From Takakia lepidozioides (taxonomy: Eukaryota; Plantae; Bryophyta), in the NCBI GenBank assembly GCA_030704615.1, contig CM060733.1:20026001-20090000 (forward strand): a stretch of 64,000 nt of DNA, read 5' to 3'. The translations under genes were made by a program, and so were the position numbers. Within the stretch, counting starts at the first letter, position 1; every line of letters starts with the position of its first letter. The notes beneath the pieces are model-generated. The model did not search any database. It worked only from the letters and a program-made list of their open reading frames with translations, and was not told where the DNA came from. Positions 1-8,100 of this stretch are shown here, in pieces.

Positions 1-404
1 AAAGATTGGCGTGTCAGTGGCCAACTCAATACGGATCTCTTGACCCTTCAGTGCTCCCAAGTCCTTCAAACTGAAGGCAAAGCAATTCCTATAAGCCCTC
101 AGGAACCGCCGTATACGTCGTCTCTCTCCTCCGATGACAATGGGTCCAATGTCAGGCTCCCAATTGTCCTCCGTAACTGCAACCTTAAGTCCAGTGGGCT
201 TAGAGGTAGAGGACGCGTCCCGTGGTTGCTATGCTGCAACCTCTTGAGCAGTACCCCCTTCCTGCTCAGTCAATGACAAGGCCTCATCCTACCCCATCAT
301 CTCATCATGGGAACCTCCTCATCCCAAGAAGAATCCCCAACCTCATCCATCACAGCTGCCTTCGCTGCCAACTCCCTCTGAACCTCGAGCACCTCCCACG
401 TGTG
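1..404 (-). pseudogene. Disrupted linker and N-terminal reverse transcriptase region of the DNMT-bearing element
   Basis: After TGA at 405-407 the frame reads HTWEVLEVQRELAAK...; a different frame at 1-120 gives RRIRRFLRAYRNCFAFSLKDLGALKGQEIRIELATDTPIF, typical of the Gypsy segment before RT. Stops and a frameshift lie between. Confidence 0.7.
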
Positions 405-3400
405 TCATGGATGTCTACACCTCGTGGTCCTCACCGGCTCGCCCCCACTCGCTGCCTGTACCGTCTCGGTAGGCAGAGAGACCGTCAAGGGAAGTGCACT
501 CCGCACTCTACGTTGCTCAGCCATAGCCAAGCTGACAATCCAGGTCAAGCAATTGAGATCCATTGCTTGCCCCAACACTTGACGACGTGATGCCTCAGAA
601 AGAGAAGGCACCGCCGTGGTCCCAGTGGAAAACCCCATAGCCCGCTCTCGCTCGTCGGCATTAGGCTCCACTAACTGCTGCAACTGAGCATCCCACAAGA
701 GGCCAGGTCCACCATCCCAAAAAGCATGGGATCCTGGGAAGCTGAGCAGTGTAGGTAATGCTGCTCGTGGTTGACCCACCCTGTTGACCACTGCCAAAGG
801 CGAACGGTCATCGTGTCTCACACGTTGAGACTGCCTTCCTGTGTCCAAAATGCCATCCACGGTGAGGTGTGCTGGCCGCTGCACCCCATCAAATGCACGC
901 TTGAGCAGTGCGGGTGGCATCAAGTTAGTCCACCATAGTCGTGGACGATGAGCCCGTGACCCCACTGCAGCTGCATCCAGCAATACTGCTGACCCAAGCC
1001 ACGACCGGACTTGATGCACACTGGCCATCACTCTGGCCCGAGAATCACCCATCAGTGGCACATTCTCCAAGATGTATGCCGGGGATACAGCCTGATGAAG
1101 CTGCAAGTGGCGCAAAATCCGCACCATCTCCCAAAACAGACCCGTCCTCGAGTCTCGCAATCCATTGCCATGCCCGGCTGATGAATGCCCTTGGCAGGGC
1201 CAACCTGCCACTACCAGATCAATGGAGCCAACCCGCTCCAAATCCTGCGCCCCCAGCAACGCAATGTCTGCTGGCAAGGCCTGCTGATATCCACGAACTG
1301 CAGACACCGGCAACAACTCAGGGTGCTGCTGCACCATCTGAGCAACATGGCGCAGTGAGACGCGTCGTGCAGTCTCATCCCTCTCCACATACAGGTAACG
1401 TCGAACTTGTACACCTGCCTGCAGCACTGCAGCCAATCCAGTGCTGATTCCGCCAAATAAGTCCAGAAGGCATATGCCTTCATCCGGCCGCTGCCACACA
1501 AGAGGTGTGGTGTCCAATGGCGACAACTGAGGTGGCCCTGGTGCAATCACCGCACTCTCCTCCTCTCCTGACGGTACAAAAGCTTCTACCCAAGCTTGTT
1601 GCACCCGTCCATCAGCAGCTTGCTGCAAATCCTTGCTCGTACCCCACAACGGAGTGTGAGCAACCATGGCAGGCAACTCCGCCGTACCATGCATGTCATC
1701 CTGCTCTGCTGGAGGTGGCACATCCTCTGCATGGGCATTGCCTTCCAGCAACTCTCCAGGCCAACTAACTGCAGCTGTGAAGGCGGCTAGTGTTGGCATC
1801 TTGCCCCGCTGGGCAGCTGCAATACCCCCAATGAATGTCACAGGGAGCTGTGCACGGCGACCATCCCCTGACTGCCATCCAGGCCTGTAGGATGCTGACT
1901 CCTCCCAGAAATCCAGGGTAAAGCCCATGGGGTATAACACTGCCCCACCAACGAGGACATCGTAAGAGACCGCGTCTGTCACAATGGCCTTGGCTCGCAT
2001 CACTGAGCCATCTACAGGATGATCCGGCTGCAGTTTAATAGCCAACTGATGCCGTGTCATGCCGCGAGCCTGCTCTGATCCTCCCAAAGATGTCTGTATC
2101 TGGAAATGACAAGGCTCCATATCCGCCTCCATGAGGCCCAAACCTGCAATAGCAGCTCTGCCCAACATCAGTGGCTGAGCTCCTGAGTCCAACAAGACCC
2201 GCAGTGGCCGGTACTTCTTACCTGCCGATCCACTCAAAGTGAAAATGCCTCTCTGGTTGTCTAACAAGACAACTCCAGGTGTCACCATGGCGCGCTCAAA
2301 GGCTGGCCTAGCTGGCAGCTCCGTCAATCTGGCAGCTGCAGCTTGCCAGGGCGCTGCCGTGGCAGTCTTGACCCTCAAATCCGAGGATCCCTCTGCCACT
2401 ACACCTTCCACTAACTCCGCAGAAGATGAAGTGACCTCCCCACTCTCACAGAGTGTTGCTGCTAGTCTGAACACTGCAGCTGGTCTCACCCCCGGCGTCG
2501 CAATCATTGTTGCCGAGAACAGTGGGGCCTGACACACAGAGGTGGCTGCCCCCAATAACACACCGGCCGCACTAGCCTTGGCAGCAAGAGTCAATGCTGC
2601 ACGTGTAGCTCTCCCCAATGGCATAGTAACCTCCGCCTCGGTAACAGTCGGGCGAGAACTAGGTGCCATGGATGGCGTCGACACAGTCTCCGCCAATGTG
2701 AATGACTGAGGAAGCCTTGCCTGACGGCTTGCCTCCCCACGCCGTGGATCCAATTCCACCTCTGCACCTCGTGGCTCAGGAACTCGTGCTGCTCCTCGAG
2801 TCACGGCTGCAGCAGACTCCACCTGCTCTAGTGGTAGTGCTGCTCCGCACATAAATCCCATGCCTCCCATATCTCCTCCCTCAGGAGCAGGAGGTGGACC
2901 ATCCCGCCTGGGAGCCGGTACCGCCTGAGCTATAGCCATGGCAGCGAGCCTCTGCTCTAGCTGCTGAAGCCGGTTGGCCATGCCTTGATCAACGCCCTGA
3001 CCTCCGCGTCCTTGGCCATGTTGAGCTTGCCCTTGGCCTGCACCTCGTGCCCGACCACCTCGTCCTCTTTGGGCTGGTCCACCTCGCCCCCGGCCACCAT
3101 TGTTCCCTTGGAACTGGCCTGGGCGCAACTCAGGATGCAAGTCATAACACTGGGCATCTCCATGCCCATACTTGCCACAATGCCCACACTGCAACTGTGC
3201 AGGCTGTGCTTGTGCCGGCCTTCTGCCACTCTCTGGGCAATCTCTCTTGACATGGGGTCCTCCACATGTCCAACATATCACCCCTGGTTGCTGTTGGCCT
3301 ACAAAAGATGCCACGGGCCTCTGCACCTGAGATCCCCTGTAAGCTCCATGGAACTTGGGCTGGGCAACCTTGCCCCCCTGACCACGCTGTTGGGCAGTCC

Positions 3401-4430
3401 CTTGTGCTTGTGGGCTGACAGCTGTGCCCCGTACAGGCATGTCCTTGCCAAATCCAATTGTAACAACTCGCTCCTCCACCATGTTGAGCTCAATCCGCTC
3501 AGCCAGCAAAAACACATCTGCTAATGTGGGTTGGGCTGCTTGTAACAGGGTTGCATCTCGCACCCTTCTCTTGAGCTCCTTGTCCAGAATTCCATACCAA
3601 AACTGGATTGCCTGAGCTTCAGTAACCCCTTGGGTCACACTTATCAAGCGCCTCATACGAGTGTACGCCTCTCGCAGGCTCTCACTGGGTTTGCGCTGGA
3701 AGTCTTGCAAACTTCGCAGCTTCTCTGTCCGTACACCTTGGTAGTTCCTCCGCAACTCCTGGAAGAACTCCACCACCGGGTTGAATCTAGGCACATGTGT
3801 TGTAGTTGTGGCAGGAGGAGTAGTAGCACCTTTTGAACTGGTACCACCTGCAGAAGTACCAGCACTACCTGCTCCACTACTAGTGCTGGCAGTGGGAGCT
3901 ATTGGTACTGATGCAGCTACTGGTCGCGTCGTGCCTCGAGTAATGGAGACGTAGTCAGGTGACCAATACATCCTCCACTCCTCAATCTCTGCTTCATGTC
4001 CTTGCCTGAACTCGTGGTAATCGTCCATAGGCGGGCCTTCCAAATGCTGGAACAGTCCCTTCCACGCCATGAATGGGGTGAATAGCTGTGGATTGCGCAT
4101 CTGCTGCAAATCACACCAGCTGTCGAACTCCTGGATAAAGTCATCCAACTCGATTGTGCCCACAGCTCCAGAGTACCTACGAGGCCCCTTGGTAGCTCCA
4201 TACATCTCCTCCATGTCGTCCCACAACAATGGCGAATGAAAGTGCACACCTGTTGATGAAGCCTCCGAGTCTGTGTCTGACTCTACAGTAATTGAGGGTG
4301 GCGGTGAAGGTGGTCTGAACCGAATACCTCGTCTTGTGAACCCACTCTCACTGTTACTGCCTGTAGCCGTACTCCCCTCAAAACCCTTGGGTAACTCCGT
4401 AATGACACTCACAATGTGCACCTCCTCCAC
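405..4430 (-). CDS. Gag - zinc knuckles - aspartic protease - C5 cytosine methyltransferase polyprotein (1341-aa open frame)
   Basis: Gag-like QRKPSESLREAYTRMRRL; knuckles CWTCGGPHVKRDC (3237-3275) and CGHCGKYGHGDAQC (3147-3188); protease LLDSGAQ (DSG 2181-2189) with downstream DVLVGG; DNMT motifs I-X. True start uncertain (GTG 4430; first ATG 4214). Confidence 0.9.
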   Translation of the reverse strand: MEEVHIVSVITELPKGFEGSTATGSNSESGFTRRGIRFRPPSPPPSITVESDTDSEASSTGVHFHSPLLWDDMEEMYGATKGPRRYSGAVGTIELDDFIQEFDSWCDLQQMRNPQLFTPFMAWKGLFQHLEGPPMDDYHEFRQGHEAEIEEWRMYWSPDYVSITRGTTRPVAASVPIAPTASTSSGAGSAGTSAGGTSSKGATTPPATTTTHVPRFNPVVEFFQELRRNYQGVRTEKLRSLQDFQRKPSESLREAYTRMRRLISVTQGVTEAQAIQFWYGILDKELKRRVRDATLLQAAQPTLADVFLLAERIELNMVEERVVTIGFGKDMPVRGTAVSPQAQGTAQQRGQGGKVAQPKFHGAYRGSQVQRPVASFVGQQQPGVICWTCGGPHVKRDCPESGRRPAQAQPAQLQCGHCGKYGHGDAQCYDLHPELRPGQFQGNNGGRGRGGPAQRGRGGRARGAGQGQAQHGQGRGGQGVDQGMANRLQQLEQRLAAMAIAQAVPAPRRDGPPPAPEGGDMGGMGFMCGAALPLEQVESAAAVTRGAARVPEPRGAEVELDPRRGEASRQARLPQSFTLAETVSTPSMAPSSRPTVTEAEVTMPLGRATRAALTLAAKASAAGVLLGAATSVCQAPLFSATMIATPGVRPAAVFRLAATLCESGEVTSSSAELVEGVVAEGSSDLRVKTATAAPWQAAAARLTELPARPAFERAMVTPGVVLLDNQRGIFTLSGSAGKKYRPLRVLLDSGAQPLMLGRAAIAGLGLMEADMEPCHFQIQTSLGGSEQARGMTRHQLAIKLQPDHPVDGSVMRAKAIVTDAVSYDVLVGGAVLYPMGFTLDFWEESASYRPGWQSGDGRRAQLPVTFIGGIAAAQRGKMPTLAAFTAAVSWPGELLEGNAHAEDVPPPAEQDDMHGTAELPAMVAHTPLWGTSKDLQQAADGRVQQAWVEAFVPSGEEESAVIAPGPPQLSPLDTTPLVWQRPDEGICLLDLFGGISTGLAAVLQAGVQVRRYLYVERDETARRVSLRHVAQMVQQHPELLPVSAVRGYQQALPADIALLGAQDLERVGSIDLVVAGWPCQGHSSAGHGNGLRDSRTGLFWEMVRILRHLQLHQAVSPAYILENVPLMGDSRARVMASVHQVRSWLGSAVLLDAAAVGSRAHRPRLWWTNLMPPALLKRAFDGVQRPAHLTVDGILDTGRQSQRVRHDDRSPLAVVNRVGQPRAALPTLLSFPGSHAFWDGGPGLLWDAQLQQLVEPNADERERAMGFSTGTTAVPSLSEASRRQVLGQAMDLNCLTWIVSLAMAEQRRVRSALPLTVSLPTETVQAASGGEPVRTTRCRHP
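530..1480 (-). other. DNMT3-like C5 DNA cytosine methyltransferase catalytic domain within the polyprotein
   Basis: Motif I LDLFGGIST, II LYVERD, IV DLVVAGWPCQ (catalytic PC, PCQ at 1191-1199), V DSRTGLFWE, VI YILENV (ENV 1059-1067), VIII AHRPRLWWTN, IX ERERAMGF, X RRQVLGQAM, in canonical non-permuted order. Confidence 0.92.
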
Positions 4431-4949
4431 GTGACACTATAAGGCTCTAGTACTAATCTAATAGTGACACGGGTGGGCACCTGTTGCAGTCTAAGGGTCA
4501 TATCCCAATGGCTCAGGGCACCTGCACCTGCATCCACCGCAAGAACTCCTATGGTTGGCTGGTCATCAACCCAGCCTCACCATAGAAGAAACACTGGTGG
4601 TCTTGCTGGTCATCACTCCAGCCTCACCACCGACAGCATACTCTAGGATTGACCGGTGATCAAATCCGGCCTAATCCCTATGAAAGCAAGCGCCCACACA
4701 AAACCAACATGGCGCACAGTCAAGCATGCAGGTGTTGGGGAGGATCCAAACACAAGAAATCAAAACATCAACACCCCCACACCAAAATCCAGCAGCAACG
4801 CTGATCCTGCAGAATATCCCAGCCCAAAACCCCGGGCTGACTGGCCTCCACCAAGAGAGGCTTTGGCAACTACAAGTACAAGGTAATGAAAATAGTACAA
4901 AGATGGAGGGGAAGAATAGAAGCCCGCCCAAGCAAGATCTAATCCTGAT

Positions 4950-5699
4950 CTATGCTATCAACTTCCAGACTTCTCTCAAAGTGCCTCGCTCTGCTTGATG
5001 GTAAGGTGTAGGAGGTATATCTATGTCCAGAAACCTGCCACTAACCTTGTCCCAAGCTACAGTAGCTCGCTCTAACCAACCCTCCTCCTCTTTCTGCCAG
5101 GTAGAGACAAAGCAACACTCTGCTATCTCCCGCTCACTGAGCACTAAAGAAAACAAAGGTAGGGTCTGATAGTCTCTCAACTCGAAAGCTTTGAGACGGT
5201 TGCGGGTGTCTTCATTGCGAATGACTGCATCGCCTTCAAACAGAACAAACTTGTCCTCGCTAATGAACCCCCGCTCATGGTTGCCTTGTGCAGAGCGTGT
5301 CCGACTGCAACACTGTCTAATTGCACAAACTTGTGCAGCTCCTGCTCCTCTACTCCAGTACACCACGGCCTTGTGGCTGAACACCTTGGTCCCCGGGGCT
5401 GTCTTTGGCTGTGTTCCAAGCCTAGCTTTCACCCACTTTGGTATTTCACCTACAGCTGCAGAACTGCTGGCTCCAACAGAGTTCTGACTGTCCAAGGCGA
5501 TATTGAGGCCCTCAATGCCAACTACAGCAGTCTGTTGTCTACTGCTAATGCCTGACTCCCAGTATGCAATCAACTCGTCCAACTGTTCTCCACTCAAATC
5601 AGTCTGAGTTCCTTGGGAAACATAGATCGTGTCCCCTTGTGTGCACAGACTAAGAGAAGAGACCTGCCCTTCAATTACGTCCTCATTTCCCCCAGCCAT
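4950..5699 (-). CDS. Extra ORF of unknown function upstream of gag (249 aa)
   Basis: ATG-initiated uninterrupted ORF on the same strand as gag, between the PBS and gag; no recognisable motif. Confidence 0.5.
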   Translation of the reverse strand: MAGGNEDVIEGQVSSLSLCTQGDTIYVSQGTQTDLSGEQLDELIAYWESGISSRQQTAVVGIEGLNIALDSQNSVGASSSAAVGEIPKWVKARLGTQPKTAPGTKVFSHKAVVYWSRGAGAAQVCAIRQCCSRTRSAQGNHERGFISEDKFVLFEGDAVIRNEDTRNRLKAFELRDYQTLPLFSLVLSEREIAECCFVSTWQKEEEGWLERATVAWDKVSGRFLDIDIPPTPYHQAERGTLREVWKLIA

Positions 5700-6184
5700 G
5701 CATGGAGTACATCCACCAATTTGTCTCTCATATAGACCAGCACAGGTTCTAGAGACAGGATTGTGGATCTTTCATGGCACACTCACACTCTAAAAATTCC
5801 ATAGATTTTTAGCAGAGTCCCAAAAACAAAAACCAGGTCTAGATAGGTAGATTTCCCTTTTCTGTAGGTCCCTGCGCAAGTTTTGGGTCCAACGGCCTTG
5901 GTAGGCCAAAGTTATGGCCAAACAGGCTCTATCTAATTTAAATTAGATCAAAGAACGATTTTTTATTTTTTTATTTTTTTAAATACTTGTCTTGGTTCCT
6001 GTTCCCTGGTTACCTACGGGTTCCCGAGGCCGTTCCCCTCGCACTGTGAGCACACTACTGCCCCATTTCCGAGCGCACTCCACAGCAGCAGTCTTCCGTG
6101 AGAGAGAGAGAGAGAGAGCTATGGCGGGACTTACAACAACAGCACAGGGCATCACCGCGTCCTTGGCATCAGCGGCATGGGGGC

Positions 6185-6355
6185 ATCTCCTATTTGAGGT
6201 ATTCGGATTGACCTAACCCTGATCTTCACAAATCGCAGTCCATCAGCGTTGGTTGTCAACAGAACCTGATCAATCATGCCACTTTCATTGTGGCGCAAGC
6301 ATGTGCTCTGGTCACGCTTGGTGTAGCGCTGTGCTTGACTGGCATTGTCATCCTC
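6185..6355 (-). pseudogene. RPB2: Captured fragment of RNA polymerase II second-largest subunit
   Basis: [48 protein letters not shown] matches the conserved RPB2 segment; it breaks off before the expected KFSSRHGQKG. Confidence 0.88.
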
Positions 6356-7971
6356 CACATGTTCATATCATGCCTGCGATCACCACCCAAGTCGACCCCA
6401 ACCAGTATTGACAGTGAGTGCAACTCGGTTGTTCTCCACACGCTCCATCATGCCTGCGATCAGCTTTCACACAAGGTGGTCCATTTCCGATGCCTGGCCT
6501 CCGCCCTCAATGTAGATGATATGACTCTTAACTCCCCAAATGTATGGGCCTGAGCAACTCTCCAGCTATCCATTTCACTCCAGGCACTTCGTATTCATCC
6601 TAGGGACGTTGTGGTAGTGCAGATATCAGCGTTCATAGCTTGCCTGGCAGGTTTGAATCTTTCTTACAGTAGTCACATTGTAACAGAGCCATCAAGCAAC
6701 AAATTGCAGTGGCAGTCGTTTACTGGATCCTCGCAACAGCCTTCCTTGCAGGATTCTTTACCTAGTTGGTTCACATTAGCAAATGAATCAGCATCTTCAT
6801 CTCGTCAAGTGGTTGGAATGCCTGAGCGGTCACTGCCCATCAATCAAACTCAGACGGAGAACGATTTGCTTGGTCTGCAAGGACACTCCTTGTCAGTAGG
6901 TGTTTGCCCCAAACAGCCAGAGCTGCAGCAGGTCTGCACACCCAGCCCGCAGGTGGAGTAAGACTGCAAGATATTTGGGTTCACGTTGACAAACAAGCGG
7001 ACATGGCCTGTCTCCAGTCCCCAGATCACTCAAGGTGAGGATTCTGAAAGCTCAAGGCATTGCCCAGTGGCAGAAATAGCTAAGCCTTCTACCTATGGCA
7101 GCTTGGGGACAGAAGCATCACTTGTCATGGTTGATCAAGAAATAACCCCACAATCCACGGGCCCCAACACCAATCTTGGAGGGCACGGACGACACTCGCA
7201 AGGCCTGACCACTCAACAACCTCTGCTGCCGCACACGACCTCGCCTGCAGCGGGAGTCACCAAGGCCCTGGCAGCTACGGTCGCTACGGTCGGTTTTCCC
7301 TGCATGTGATAGTATCGCGCAGCTGGTGGGTGCACTAAAGGCTGGCAATGAAAGAGCACAGAAAGCAGCACTTGAGGCTTTGTTCCTACTACGTCAAGCC
7401 TGATCCTCCAGTCCTGCCGAGGTGGGAAAAGCACAAGCCATGGCAGCGGCAGAAGCCATCCCTATGCTACAACTGTTGATGAGGACATGCCCCCCACGCT
7501 TTCAGAACAAGGCAGACAGCCTGCTGCAGTGCCTGCCAGGAGGACGAGAACATTGTTGGCTTTGAACTGCTGCAGCGACACTTCGAGTGGTTCCCGCCTT
7601 CCTGTTATGCTCCACTAGGCACACATAGCCAGTCTACCTGCAGGCTCTCGTAACCAAGCTATATTATAATAGTGCTTAAAACAGGAACGTCACATCTAGC
7701 TTAGCCCTAGAAAACTAGATACAGTTTCAATCTCTCTCGAGTGATAAGAAAGCTTGGAAAGACACACACTCTCAACACAAGAAATGTGAAATCCCTCAAC
7801 ATCACTCGTTAAAACAGTAGTCGAGCCAGGGGCACCCCAAGCTATGGGGACTCCACCCCACAACAACCTACACTCCCATCATGAGTACACTCAGATCTAA
7901 ACGCATGCAGGAGCCCGGTCGCGCAGGCTCAACTCGAGAGAGATGAGCTGCGCGACTGCCGCTCTCGTGAA

Positions 7972-7985
7972 GATAAGACGGACCA
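7972..7985 (-). other. Candidate primer-binding site
   Basis: TGGTCCGTCTTATC, 2 nt after the ...TGACA LTR end; partial resemblance to the complement of the plant tRNA-Tyr 3' end (recalled, not aligned). Confidence 0.5.
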
Positions 7986-7987
7986 GG

Positions 7988-8098
7988 TGTCAAACTAAAC
8001 TTGACACCTGATTTAACACTTGACCTAAATCCAAGTGTTAAATACAAATAACTAGTTTTATTCTAGCTGTTTTCACACCGTGCTTATTTAACTTGACA
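7988..8098 (-). repeat. Candidate short (111 bp) 5' LTR of the DNMT retrotransposon
   Basis: Inverted termini TGTCAA/TTGACA, adjacent PBS-like sequence, and transposase coding sequence resuming abruptly at about 8099. The partner LTR is not in the window. Confidence 0.6.
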
Positions 8099-8100
8099 AA

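Larger units (their letters stand above)
1..8098 (-). mobile_element. Ty3/Gypsy-type LTR retrotransposon encoding a C5 DNA methyltransferase; 3' part (RT/RH/INT) lies beyond the left edge
   Basis: Order on the minus strand: candidate 5' LTR (7988-8098, TGTCAA...TTGACA), TGG-starting PBS, long leader, Gag with zinc knuckles, LLDSGA protease, DNMT domain, then a pre-RT motif (YRNCFAFSLKDLGALKGQEIRIELATDTPIF) at 1-93. Protease leading towards RT with no intervening integrase fits Gypsy order. Confidence 0.85.

Noticed and set aside
530-1480. Bacterial restriction-modification methyltransferase or contamination
   Set aside because: The domain is fused in frame to Gag and protease and embedded among spliced plant genes and plant TEs; no restriction enzyme is nearby.
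530-1480. Host DRM/CMT/MET1 gene
   Set aside because: No introns, no UBA, BAH or chromo domains, and the motif order is not permuted as in DRM.
6152-6358. Functional RPB2 gene
   Set aside because: Only about 57 codons, with no flanking RPB2 exons in the window.
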